This document shows, one piece after another, positions 43,191-56,570 of a stretch of 64,000 nt of DNA (within the stretch, counting starts at the first letter, position 1; the number at the start of each line of letters is the position of its first letter). Both the position numbers and the translations under genes were made by a program. Under the pieces are notes generated by a model that had not been told where the DNA came from, did not search any database, and saw only the letters and a program-made list of their open reading frames with translations. The stretch is from the NCBI RefSeq assembly GCF_009914755.1, contig NC_060927.1; one strand, given 5' to 3'. Source of the stretch: the human T2T-CHM13v2.0 reference genome, Homo sapiens.

Positions 43191-44550
43191 CCCAAGGACT
43201 TATAACTAGTAAGTGGCCAAGTTGGGACTAACTGCTAGGTTTTCTGACTACCAGTACAACCCTGAAAAAGTATTGTGAAATATATATGTGAAAATGCCCA
43301 CATATTGGCATTATATGGTATATTCATCTCTGCCCTCATGTTCTTCCTGATTTGGCAAGCAGCCCAAAATGTATATGAAATGTTCTGCTGCTATGAAACC
43401 TCATGACAAAATACTGTGCTTTCACAAATTAAAGTGAAGTTGTCATAGTCCATTATTGGAAAGCAATAAAACTTGCATTCATTCATTCAATAACTGCCCT
43501 ATGGCTTCTGCAATATGCTTTAGTCTATTCTGTAACTATATCAACATACAAAGGAAAAGCAATACAGACACCCTACAAGTAGGGGAGAGGGGGGTTAGAG
43601 TTTAATTATCATGTCACAATTCATCTGTTTTGTGAACCATCCCAAACACAGTGAAAAGAATGCTTTATCACAGCAGAAGAGAGGTTATCATTTGAAACTT
43701 GGAATAAACTGAGTCTATGAAAATAAAAGACAGTTTTAAAGTGGATTTTTACTATACTTAAATAACCTTCATGCCTTTCTCCTACAGTTGCAAAATATTT
43801 ACATATTATCACATTTGCCACAACCTCTCATAGCAAAGCCTGCCAACTCACTTTAAAGAAAAAAAAACAGAGAGATAAACCAACATGCTGAAGTGCAACA
43901 AGTTCACTGTTTGACTAGATGCGTGTCAGCTCTGATCAGGAGTGGGAAGGAGGCTGCCCCGAGACAGACATTTTTCTTTCGGAAATTTTGACATCATATA
44001 GACATAGCTGGTACATATCGGAAAATATTTTATGTTCTCACCAACCCAAAATAAAATGATCTTCTCCCACCATTCATTTGGTAATTAATCATGGACAGCC
44101 TTGTGACATTTCTTCTTTCTCTTGTGATTTCGACTTGGGAATTCAATCCTATGCTTTTCTTTTTTTATATTTGCTGTGTCTCCTCATTATATATAGGGCC
44201 TTGGGGCAGGGACTCTATATTAAGCCAGCAAAGACCAGTAAGCTGCTCCCTGTGTGCCTTCTCCAAACAACTACTGGTAATTGGTGGGATTTGGGGAAAT
44301 TTGATACCAAGTTTCTATGGGAAAGAGGATCAATGCCAATGATAATATCTGCCAGGGGTTTCATATGGAAGGTGGTAGTTGACCCCAAGCTTGCCAGGCA
44401 TTTGCCATCCTTGCAACCCCAGGCCCCAGTTTCCTTCTTATTTGACCCTACAGCCTCATGTCTTTAAAGAAACTTCTATCTGCATTCTTTATCCAGGATT
44501 CAAACGTTTGTATGGGTATAGATAAATAAAAGTTAGGTGAATATCTAAGG

Positions 44551-44916
44551 TGAGATGGTTTGGCTGTGTCCCCACCCAAATCTCATCTTGAATTGTAGCT
44601 CCCATAATCCCCATGTGTAATGGAAGGGACCTGGTAGGGGGTAATTGAATCATGGAGGCAGGTTTTTCCCATGCTGTTCTCATGATAGTTAATAAGTCTC
44701 ACGAGATCTGACTGTTTAATAAAGGGCAGTCCCCCTGTACAAGCTCTCTCTTACCTGCCACCATGTAAGACATGCCTTTGCTCCTCCTTCACCTTCTGCC
44801 ATGATTGTGAGGCCTCCCCACCCATGTGGAACTGTGAGTCCATTAAACCTCTTTTTCTTTATAAATTACCTAGTCTCAGGTATTTCTTCATAGCAGTATG
44901 AAAATGGACTAATACC
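44551..44916 (+). mobile_element. THE1 (THE1C-like) solo LTR
   Basis: TGAGATGGTTTGGCTGTGTCCCCACCCAAATCTCATCTTGAATTGTAGCTCCC...GGACTAATAC. 5-bp TSD TAAGG at 44546-44550 and 44917-44921. Confidence 0.95.
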
Positions 44917-45974
44917 TAAGGTATTATATATGTGGATATTCTTTACAAAATAAATTGGTTTGTCTTCTGATTAGAAAGTTATGTTTTGTGTAGTAAGTTT
45001 AGAAAATAAAGGGACTATTATGATATAAGATAAATAAAAATTACTGTAATTAATTTTATCATCCAGAAATAACCACTGATAGTACTTTTGGAGTGTTCCT
45101 GCTAGCCAATTTTTTTTCTATTTGGGTTTTTCTGCCAAAATTTGGTTCATGCTAGTATATGCTTTTTGTTTTTATCACTTTGCAATGTGCTTTGAACATT
45201 TTAAATGTTATTATTCTTCCCCCAAAATGTGTTTACTACACATAAAATTCCTCTATGTGGATTTCCATGGGTTTATTTTTAACTCAAGGCATTATTTTTA
45301 TTAAAATATATTGGGTTTGATGACTTAGATAACTATTTATAACTTTCCTAACAGCAGTGGGGCCTCTCACTGCATTGTTACATTAAATAAAACATTTACA
45401 GTGCCAGGGTTCTGCTTCCAAACTGGAAAAACACTCTGAATTCAAACTCATTCAGGATCAGAGTCTGCCTTGCCTATACTATTGGAAAAACAAGTGATCT
45501 TTTAAGGAAAGGAGAATATTAGTTAGGTCAGGTATATCTCTTGGAATATGATCTAGACGCAAATTATGCCCTTTTTCCTTTCTGAATTAATAATTTATAC
45601 TAAAGCCACCTGCTTATTTCTTGTGTTTCCTTCATTGCCTTTAGAGCCTCCACATCCTTGAAATCAGGAGAAAAACGAGTTCCTCTATTCCCAGCAGAGA
45701 ATTCTCACTGACATCATGGCAAGTAATGCAGTCTTCATATTTCATCAAGGGAACGTCCCACAGAAGATGCTTACCAGGGATAAGATGGGGGAGAAACAAC
45801 AGCCAACAAGATCTGGGACATTCTAGCGATCCTCCAAGGCAGGACACTTGAAAGTAGGGGAGTAGAGCTCTAGGAATCTCCTTTGGTTTTAAATAGGGGG
45901 AAAAAATAATTTGTTTCATAGGCTTAAAAAAATTAAACCTATTATTAGATTTATTTAATATTGATCTGTGTTAG

Positions 45975-46152
45975 CAGCTGCTAATTTAACTGTGCATAAT
46001 AATTACCTGGGTGCTTGCAAAATTCAGATCCCCAGGCCTCACCCCAGACCTACTAAATCAGAACCTTGGAGGGAAGGAAAAGGGGAAGTGAGAGAATCTG
46101 TAGTCTAAAAAGTTGCCCAGGTGATTCTGATGCAACATATGGGAAATCACTA
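45975..46152. mobile_element. MER5-type MITE
   Basis: CAGATCCCCAGGCCTCACCCCAGACCTACTAAATCAGAA...CCCAGGTGATTCTGATGCA. Confidence 0.75.
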
Positions 46153-47914
46153 TCTCAAAACAGTTGGAATTGAAAATTTCAGTCAATAGCCAACTATTGG
46201 GTCTGCTTGATTTGAGGTCAAACAGATTGAATAAATTGTCTTGATGAAATAGAGGTGTTTTTCCCCTCGAGTCAACTAACAAATATTAAACAGTAACATT
46301 GTGTTCAGCTCAGCCAATGGTTTGCAATTCTTCACTATCAAACCTTGGGGCTCTGATAACTGATCCTTCACACACATCCCAGACATTTCTATAATGTCTT
46401 CAGCAACCAATTGGCACATCTAGCAAGCAAAAAATAACCAAGGTAACCATCCTGTTGATATACTTCCAGCCAAGAGCAAAGAAAATTGACATTTTAGCCT
46501 AAATGGCTTTAGGATGGGAAAATCTACCATGTCTGGCTGATATTTTGAAATACTAAAAATAGGTTAAGGATCCTCACCCACTATTCCCTGCTCACAAATC
46601 CCTAGCTGGGTGTCGATTTGCTAAAGAAAAAAAGTACACAGCACATGCTTACCTTTAGAAATTCACAGTGTGATGTGGTGAACATAATTTATTCCAAAAA
46701 ATAAGAAGGGAAGAATATAAGACCCTACATAATCAAGGGCCAGATTGTGAAGGAAGGACCTAAGTACCAGAGGAATTTGGTGAAAAGAAAAACTATATGA
46801 GATTTGGTCTATAGAATTACATTAGCCTTGCAGATGGCAACTTGCCTGCAATTGAGTACTTTCTCATGATCTCTATTTTAAATGTCTCATTATAATACTA
46901 TCTCTGGATCCTCAATGGGTTAACGACTTTTGTTGGCTGATATATTTGGGGGAGTTACAGAAAGCCTGATTTAAACCATAAATCAATCAGTTAGAACTCT
47001 CAACATAAAATCCATTTAAAGAGGCAATTATAATTCACCCTTTCCTCCTGCCTGTACCAAGATAATTTTTCACCCCAGCAATCCAATCGTGAATTGTCCA
47101 AAAGACGTCACTTTCAGAATAGTTTGTCACATATCATAGAGAGGAGACTTTGATCAGTTGCAGCCAGCATCATTTCACTATGTCATTGAAGAAGAAAATT
47201 TTTGTTTTAATGTAATGGAAACATTAGCATTTAGAAAACAAATTCTACTGAACACTGCTGTGAATATAAATATACTTTAATATTAAATATAACCTCAGAA
47301 TATTTTTGTACCCCCTAAAAAATTGCTATGCCTGTAATTCCATCAGCCAGACAGAAAGCTCTGTCAAAACCTTGATGTATAACCTTTCAAAACGTTTCCC
47401 AACTGTGTCAAATGCACACAAGCATACACACAGAAACACACACACAGATACATTTATATTATCTATATACTAAAAATTAAAATTATAAAATTACAGATAA
47501 TAAATTGTTATAAATAAGGAATCATGCTGTATATAACCTTTGGTGATCTTTTCTTACTCTGTATGGGAACATTCTTTCCATATCAAAATGTTCATCTACA
47601 ATATTATTTTTAATGGACCACTTTAATTTTTTTATATAGAGCTGCCATCTTTTATTCAACCAATCCCTCACTGTACGACATTTAGATTTTTTCATAAATT
47701 ATTTGCTATTATATAAAACACAATGATGAATATCAAAAAGATAAAATATTCTCACCAGTACTGATTACAATCTCAGGATAAATTTCTTGATAGGGCCAAG
47801 TATGTGTTTGTGATGCATATAAGGCCAAGTGGGCTTCCCAGCTCCAGCATTAGCCAAGAGCCATTTACCTGAGCTCTCCTATAAACAAACCAGACTTCTC
47901 TAAATAATATGGGT

Positions 47915-47984
47915 ATACATATGTAACAAACTTGCACATTCCATATATATATCCCAGAACTTAAAGTAAAATTTAAAAAATAAT
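47915..47984 (+). mobile_element. Tiny L1PA7/8-type 3' terminal insertion
   Basis: TATGTAACAAACTTGCACATTC...ATCCCAGAACTTAAAGTAAAA. TSD AATAATATGGGT at 47903-47914 and 47985-47996. Confidence 0.85.
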
Positions 47985-48124
47985 AATAATATGGGTCTCC
48001 AGTCCTAGCATATGTTATAGTGTTAAACACATTACCGAGCCAAAAAAATCTCCCCATCACAGGTGAGGTTGGAGAAGGTCAAAGAAGTGTAGCAGGGAGC
48101 AAACCTCACCAGGCAACTGGGAAC

Positions 48125-48670
48125 ATTCCATTCATTCATTCCATAAGCATGTATCAAACACGCACTGTGTGCCAGGTACTGTATTTGGTACTGGCAATTT
48201 GATTCCTGTTTAGCATTTTGAATAGAAATGACCACAGATTCTCATAGATAATCATCGCAGGGTGTGATATGTGCTGTGTGAAAATCATATGCAGGGTGCA
48301 CTGAAAACACAAAGGACAAGGTAATACCTGAGAGGTCAGAGTCACAAATCATAGTAAAGGTCACCTATTCTGAGCCTAAGAACAGTAGTAGAATTTTCCC
48401 AGGTAAGCAAGCAGACAGAAGGACATTACAGCAAAGGGAACAGATATGCAAAGGTTCAGAAGTCTTTTTGAGAAATACAAATTCTGGGAAATGGCAAGTG
48501 AATTATGGCTGCAGTAGAGGAAGCACAGATCCCAGCTATAGACAGGACCTGGATGGAACTCTGGTCTGGGTGAGACCTGAATGGCCCCTAAATGGCACAT
48601 AAAGGAATCTGGATTTAATATTGCAGGACACCAGAAAGATTTTGAGAATTTTTATCTTCAAACACATGAT
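48125..48670 (-). mobile_element. L2 fragment
   Basis: CATTCATTCATTCC...CACTGTGTGCCAGGTACTGT...GCAAAGGGAACAGATATGCAAAGG. Confidence 0.65.
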
Positions 48671-49023
48671 CTCATTTTATGAGACAGTGAAGGTTAAATA
48701 TAAGGGCTTTGGGGTCACGGGGTTGTTGAGATGATTAGGTTGATGTCTGTATGTATAGCTGTATAGCTCACAGTGTCTGAGCTATACTCTGCACTCAATA
48801 GATCGTAGATATTGCACTAGTAAGAGTGAGAAATCATTGTTAATCCTCACAGCAACCATTTGAAGGAGGCATGAGAGGAGAGGAAAGGAAAGCTCAAAAG
48901 GGCTTAAGGGACTTGACCTAACTCCAGTAAGTAGTTTGTGGAGAAGCATGAACTTAACATCACATTTTGGGACTCTAAGTCCAGTGCTGTCTCTTTTCTT
49001 AACATCATAATGTGTCGCTTCCA

Positions 49024-49351
49024 TGTTTTAGTCTGTTTTGTGCTTCTACAACAAAATATCTAAGATTGGGTAATTTATAAGAAATGAAAATTGTTTTCTT
49101 ACTGTTCTGGAGGCATGGAAGTCCAAATCAAGGTGCCAGCATTTGATCTAGAGAGGGCCTTCCGGCTTTGTCCTCACATGGCAGAAGGGCAAGCTTGCTG
49201 AACGCTGCATGAAGTCTCTTTTAGAAGGGCCTTAATCAAATTCTCGAGGAAGCAGCCCTCATGACCTAATCACCCCTTAAAGGCCCCACCTCTTAGAACT
49301 ATCACATTGACAACACCTGGATTTTGGAAGGGACAAATTCATACCATAGCA
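49024..49351 (-). mobile_element. MSTC-like MaLR solo LTR
   Basis: TGTTTTAGTCTGTTTTGTGCT...TGTCCTCACATGGCAGAAGG...AAAGGCCCCACCTCTTA...ACCATAGCA. Confidence 0.85.
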
Positions 49352-49544
49352 TCCTAACTTTTTCACTTACAGTCAGCCCAGAGGGAGCAAAATGACACTT
49401 TCTAAAACACTGTCCCTTCAGTTCCTCCACAAAGGAAGGCTAAGAGAAAAGACAGGATTGGGCTAACCATTAGCCTGGTTGCAAATAACATCAATGATAA
49501 CACTAACACAGCAGGAATAACCACAGCGTTAAAAACCACTAACT

Positions 49545-49740
49545 TTTACCGAGCACTAGGTGCCAGGCACTGAGCTAAGTACATTGTACCACGTAACAAC
49601 CCCCTAAATTAAGTGCTGTTCTACAGATGAACAAACTGAGGATCAGAGAGGTTAAACAACTTGTCCAAAGCTACAAAGACTGTAATTCATAGAGTCGAAC
49701 CTGTACCAGATCACTCCTAAGCCAGTATATTTAACTTCTG
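49545..49740 (-). mobile_element. MIR SINE
   Basis: TGCCAGGCACTGAGCTAAG...TACAGATGAACAAACTGAGGATCAGAGAGGTTAAACAACTTGTCCAA. Confidence 0.75.
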
Positions 49741-51489
49741 TAAACAAAATTCTATATCCTGTCAAAAGCCATAAGCTTTAACACGGAGTTTTTCCAGAGC
49801 TGATGCTTCAGAATTGGACCCAGGAATCACTGGCTTGTTAGGCCACACAGTGACCCTGGCACATTGCAATCCTGTCTCTTGAAGAAGGGCAATCTCCTAT
49901 TTGAAAAGCTACGTTGTGAAAAGTCTCTCTGCTCATGTAATGGGCTGAAAGGAACATCCGCAACTGAGTTTCACCACCCGGCAGTGTGTCTAAGGCTGGT
50001 GATGAATGGAAGGTGAGAGTGACACTTACTAAATCAGGGTGTGTCCTCCGTGCAGAGGAACGAGGAGCACCGGAAAGCCAGAGTGATTCACTGAGCCTGC
50101 TTTGGCTATCTGTGAAGACTTTATTCCAGGCTCACAGCAGGGAAAAACATACTTAAATCTTGCCTGCAGAGCTCTCTGGGAACAAAATCTATCACGTTAC
50201 TGTAGGGGCAGAGAGAGAAATCAGCTCTGCAATTGTGGGGTGTGTCTAGCGACCAGTCACTACTGTCAACATTTAAACTTGCCCTGCATGCGTCATGAGA
50301 TGCTATCAGCAATGGCAGTGCAACACAGTTCTAGCCAGTGGGCCGGGGAGCTCCATGGGCAGCTTTGAGGAGGTAGGAAACAGTATTAATGAACACAGGG
50401 TGAGAAAGGGCTTAGTTTAAAGGCTGTACGCCATCAGGAGTAATAAAAGCAGGATGCTAAGAAAGAGAACACTTCATTCATCCTCTCTCATGGTTGGTCA
50501 TTGTCTCCCTAAACTGAGTATGCGCTTGCTACGAAGCCCAGCCTCCCGTGCTGTGGAGATAAATCACATGCACAGTGGCATTCATGAGCAGGGAGAGACA
50601 GGAGTGCTTTAGCAACTCCTTACCACCCCATCCCCTTCTCTAGCCTTATTGCCTACTTCATAATAACCATGGAAGTTATGAGTCACAGCTTTTGTTGAAC
50701 CCTTGCTCCATGCTAGGCAAAATGCAAAGTCCTTTTAGTCTATTAACTAATTTAATTGGTGAAGCAACCTTCCAAGGTGAGGACCATTATTATCCCTGTT
50801 TTACAGATGAGGTTTCAAGTAACTTGCCAGGGGTTACCCAAGTCTTTATGCGGAGCTTTATAACCTAACCACCAGCCTCTAGCACCTCCAGTGCCTACAC
50901 ATGGTTCTGCTCTCAAAGGTCACTGCTAAATTATTACTTGCCCAGAAGGGGTGAAACCAAGCTATTATTAATTTCCCAGCTCATTTCCTTCAGAACATTT
51001 ATCACAATCTGGACACATCTGATTTCCTCTTTGCTTACTTGTTAGTATTCTGTTTTCCCCAATAGACTTATAAACCCCAAGAGAGCAGGGTCTTGTGGGT
51101 CATGTTTACTAAAGTCACATAAGTGCTTAAACCCATGCCTAGCATGTTCAAGGTTTTCATTGCAGATTTGTTGACTGAATGGTTTGCCATCTATACTCTC
51201 AAGTTAATTAAGTACATAGGTTATGAGCTTCTCAGAGCCAGGGCCCATGGTCTATTTCTATCTCCTGTGGTCTAATTTGGGGCCTGGTCTGCAATGCGCA
51301 TGCAATTAATGCTCTTTGCCTCGTGGTACAATTTTAAGAGCAGGCATCTGCTTTTTGGAGCAGATGGACCTAACCTCAATCACTCATTAGTCATGTGATT
51401 TTGAGAAAGTTACGTAAATTCTCTGTGCCACTGCAGTTGTGACATCTGCAAAACAGCAGGATTGTCGAGAAGATTACATGATAAAAATC

Positions 51490-51616
51490 AAGGCCACATC
51501 AATGCCTTGATTTTAGACTTCTGGCTTCCAGAACCATCATGATAGAGTACATTTCTGTTGTTTCATCTGCCCAGTTTGCAGTAATATGTTGTGGCAGCCC
51601 TAGGAAGCTAGTGCTA
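51490..51616 (+). mobile_element. MLT1B/C/D 3' LTR fragment
   Basis: CCTTGATTTTAGACTTCTGGCTTCCAGAAC...ATTTCTGTTGTTT...GGCAGCCCTAGGAAGCTA. Confidence 0.75.
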
Positions 51617-52035
51617 TTGGGAATGTAGATGCTACTGGAGCATAGAGCTTAACTTAAACATAAACAGAAGAGCAAACGACCTATATTTGAAGCATTTCAG
51701 ATGCACCTTGCTGAAAGCAAGCCTAATGAATAAAAGTCTTAATTCATAGATGAGATGAATTAGACAGCAAGGACCTTCTCAAAATGATTTATAGCAGGAT
51801 CTCCTTAAAAAGAATAGATGCAATTTAGCAAAATGTTTGCCCACAAATTTTCTTCACTGAGCAAAATAAGATATAATTATGAAAATCATCATCCCTGAAT
51901 CAATCACAGTCATTTTCTTCACCTGATAAAATGGGATGGTCTACTTATTTATCAGACATCTTCCTTTGCGATCTCTTTTTAAAAATAAACTATTTTATTG
52001 ACCTGTAACATACTACAGAAAAGCACCGTACATAA

Positions 52036-52352
<317 letters not shown>

Positions 52353-52521
52353 AGCTCCAATTAATTTTTACAAAGTGTTCCCACTAAGGTAATCAGGCAC
52401 TATAAACAGAATGTGACCAGCCTCTATCATCTACCCTCCCAGTAACTGCCCCTCCCCACAAGAGGTAATCAGTCTTGATCTCTAACATCACTGATCAGAT
52501 TGGTCTGTTTTAAATATTACA

Positions 52522-52601
52522 CTAGGTTGGTGCAAATGTAATAGTGGTTTTTGCTATTGAAAGCAATGGCAGAAACCACAATTACTTTTGCACCAACCTA
52601 A
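52522..52601. mobile_element. MADE1 (Hsmar1-derived MITE), 80-bp palindrome
   Basis: TAGGTTGGTGCAAATGTAATAGTGGTTTTTGC ... GCAGAAACCACAATTACTTTTGCACCAACCTAA followed by TA. Confidence 0.95.
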
Positions 52602-53355
52602 TATAATGGAATCTCGTGGTATTTACTGTACATCTGCTTATATTGTCCAACATTGCATCTCTGAGATTTATCCATGTGGTTGTGTGTCATTATACTTTGT
52701 TCTTTTATATTGCTGTGTGGTATTCCCTTGCAGAAATACAACACAACTTATCCATTCTACGGTTGATAAAATTTTGGTGGATTCCAATTTTATGGCTATT
52801 AAAAAGACTGTTTCTTTGACCATTTTTGTACATGCCTTCTGGTATACACATTCCTTTTGGATGTGTAAGTCAGTGCTGAATTACTGGGTCACTGAATATA
52901 CATGCATTCACCTTGATGACATACGGTCAATTTTAGCCATTTTGGTGGATTTGTAGTATGTTTCATTGTGTTTTTAATTTGCATTTCCATGATAATAAAT
53001 GATGTAGGTCATCTTTCAAATATTTATTGTCCATCTGGTTATCGTCTTTTGTAATGTGTTGGTACAAGTTTTCTGTCCACTTAAAAAACAATTAGGCTGC
53101 CATCTCTAACATGGTTTTAGTTTCAGGTTTTCCACATAAGTATTTTATAAAAATCACGTGATAAACATTTTAGCTGTTCAAGTACTATAAACGAGAGGAT
53201 AAAAACAGGAATTCTATTTTGCTATATGGTTAGGTTACCTCCCTTTGTTTATTGGACAGACAGAAGCCTTGAAAAAACACATGACAGCCGAGTCTTGAGG
53301 TTAGAGGTCCACTTCAGGCCACAAAACTGGAGATACTGCCACCGTCATGCAGTGG

Positions 53356-53556
53356 TGGGGGTGGAATTTCCGTCCTGGGGGTGGAATTTCCCCCAGGAAC
53401 CAGCTGGGGAGGATTTTGCTCCTTAACTTTCAGGTCAGCAACCACATCTCTCTCCTTTCTCATAAGAAATTTGAACACAGCACAAATGACTCAGGGTGCT
53501 TATAAACCAAACTGGGCCTCAAAAATAATCTTTTTGTCAGCTTCTGGGGAAATCAC
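53356..53556. promoter_or_regulatory. Candidate NF-kB/AP-1 enhancer
   Basis: TGGAATTTCC at 53362 and 53382, TGACTCA at 53487, GGGAAATCAC at 53547. Motif-based only. Confidence 0.4.
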
Positions 53557-53917
53557 TCATCAGCGCTCGTGTTTTCTTGGTAGGCCCAGGTGAGCTTTCT
53601 CCAACATCAAGACTTGCAATTTTCTTTTTTGTTCTTTCTTTTCCTAATGAAGAGTATTGATTTTCTTTCTAATTTTTACTTTGCTTTTAGAGAAAGTTTA
53701 TTTTATAACAAATATGACTGGTTGACTTAAATCTGGTTCCTGTTCATATGGATGTTCTCTCTCTCTGTGATCACTGGAATGACCAATTTGAACTAGTTTG
53801 TCTTCATTTATGGTAAAATTATACAACTTTCCAGGATTCAGGCTGTATAAAAGTAAAATAGTAGCTTGAGTTCTCTCAAAGCGTGGAGAAACTTGTATAC
53901 TCAAAAGAGAGATCGTG

Positions 53918-54001
53918 TAACTAACCTGCACAATGTGCACAGGTACCCTAATACTTAAAGTATAATAAAAAAAAAGACGTAAAAAAAAAAAAAGAAAAAA
54001 A
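53918..54001 (+). mobile_element. Very short young L1 (L1PA2/L1HS-like) 3' end with A tail
   Basis: TAACTAACCTGCACAATGTGCAC...CTTAAAGTATAAT plus A tail. Perfect 15-bp TSD AAAAGAGAGATCGTG at 53903-53917 and 54002-54016. Confidence 0.93.
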
Positions 54002-55025
54002 AAAAGAGAGATCGTGATTCCTATTGGCATTTCAGACCTTGGAGCTAGAGGCAGCTATGCAGGAAAACCCAAGGTAGGGGGCTGTGGGGGCCCAGGAACT
54101 CCAGAATTAAATGCAGCTCTTGGGCATTTTTAATAGGTGAGTTTCCCAAATACCATTTTGAAATGTTACCTCTGAAATATCCCAGAGCAGACTCAGTCTC
54201 AGGGGAAGCTATAGATGTAAATCAGGAAGGGCAAATTTTTACCATTTATTAAGTCATTTTCCCCAAAATTTCGACCTGGGGGTTTATACCCTGAACCTAG
54301 TGCTAGAGGACACAGTGAAAACCAGTGACAAATGGCTTTGTTGGCTCTGCTTCAAAAATATGTCCTAATGAAATAATAAAGGATACGTGCAAAGGTTTGC
54401 AGATAAGGATGTTCATACCAGCATCATTTATAAATGGTAACATTTTGCCAATTACCTAAATATTACACAATGAAAGACTGGATTTACATATTGTGTTTTC
54501 TTTATTTTTGCTTACATGTTTTTTCTATTTTTTCACAAAATTATATTTCTTGTTTAATATATATATTTTTAAAATAAGGTGATATGAAAATCAAGTTAAA
54601 TAAATAAAGAATACAGGAAAACAATTACAAAGAGGTATTTCATAATCTTTGAAGTAGAGTCTTAGTATGGGACTAAATGGCACTGGGTGGAACTGGGCTT
54701 TCAGTTTGCAGTAACTTTCTTTAGAAACGGAAGATAATGGAATGACAAGAGATGAAGCAGCTGGTTCCTGCAGAGGCTCTTGTTTGATAGAAAATAGTAA
54801 CAGTAGATTTGTCCTTGGATCTAGTGATAGGTTACCATTTACTAAGTCTCACTAGGTGTCGGGCCATATGCCAAACACAATTGTTACACGTTGTCACTTA
54901 AATTGGGCAAAGATATGATGCAGGGATGTTTGTGATCAATACCTCCATCTCCCTGAAACTCTATCCTTCTTAACTACATTATTCCCCTCCCCTTCTCCAT
55001 CCTCCACCTCCTACTCCATGCCCTA

Positions 55026-55350
<325 letters not shown>

Positions 55351-55609
55351 CCCTCCAGATTGGATGTTGAGTGCCACTGTTCTGCCCTTTCTTTCCCTGA
55401 AATCACTGCCTCATCTCTACTAGTCTAAAGCATCTGCTGGTCTAGACCTTGTCCCCTGACTCACACTTATTTATGCACAACAAAATCATTCATTCACTCT
55501 TCCATTCGACATGGAGTTAAGACTCAAACCCAGGCAGGCCAGCTCCAGCATCATGGTCTTCATCTCTCTGCTCTGCTAGCTTTAGTACACACCCAAGCTT
55601 TGATTTACA

Positions 55610-55840
55610 CAAATCCAACATGGGTTCAAATCCCTGTGCTGCCAATTTCTAGCTGGATGGGACTTTTAGGGAGTCACTTAGCTCCCTAAGCCACACTGCC
55701 CTTATTTGTAAAAATGGGTTTACTGATGGTAACCATTTCATAGCGTTAATATGAGGGTTAAATTAAACAAGACAGGGTAGCAAAAGCTCTTGCACAGAGG
55801 CTAGCAGATAGACATATTTAATATATAGAAGTTAACTATA
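55610..55840 (+). mobile_element. MIR SINE
   Basis: TGGGTTCAAATCCC...GTCACTTA...TTTGTAAAAATGGG...TGAGGGTTAAATTA. Confidence 0.7.
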
Positions 55841-56219
55841 AGCAAACTGCAATGTTGGCCATGAAATCAGGTTTCTTAGAAAAAAATTACGTTAATTGCA
55901 ATATTTGGAAAGAGTTTGAAAACAACCCACATAAATGGTAAATATGTAAATACAGAGTTTCTATTGAGGTCAATTTTTCCCAAATCTTCCCCAATTATCA
56001 TTTTATAAGGGACTAATTGAGGGCCTTCTGTTCCAAGAAGTAAGCATCTCCTCTGGTAAATTTTTCTCTGACCTGCTTTACTCTCTGAGGTATAATCTTC
56101 AGGTCTCCTTGATTCCTCCCAATAAGATTTAACATGGGAGATTATGTTATCATATCACATTCAAAACTTTGGCACAGTATTTGAAAAAAAAATAAAAGGA
56201 TCCTCCAAGATCATCCCAT

Positions 56220-56570
56220 CTGTTGCTTCTCAGTCTTTAATGTGCATATAAATCACCTGGGGTTCTTGCTCAAATGAAGCTTCTGATTCAGCATATATGA
56301 GTTTTAGCCTGAGATGCTGCATTTCTAAGAAGGTCCCACATGATGTGATACTGCTGGTCTAAGGACCACACTTTGAGTAGCACAGCGAGAGAGCCCTAGT
56401 TCTCAAATGTCCCTATGAATTTGAATCATGCAGACGTTTATAAAATACTGATGTGGGATTCTCACTCCCTCACCCTCAAGATTCTGATTTCACTCATGTA
56501 GAGGCCAGCATAAGCAATGGCAGTTTTTGTTGTTCGTAGCCGCACGTAGGCTTTCAGGTGAGAGGGCAGC
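56220..56570. mobile_element. Two adjacent MER5-type MITEs
   Basis: AATCACCTGGGG...TTCTGATTCAG...TGCTGGTCTAAGGACCACACTTTGAGTAGCA, then TAGTTCTCAAA...AAAATACTGATG...AGATTCTGATTT. Confidence 0.7.

Noticed and set aside
44810-44830. PRDM9 hotspot motif in the THE1 LTR
   Set aside because: The site reads CCTCCCCACCCAT, which mismatches CCNCCNTNNCCNC at two key positions.
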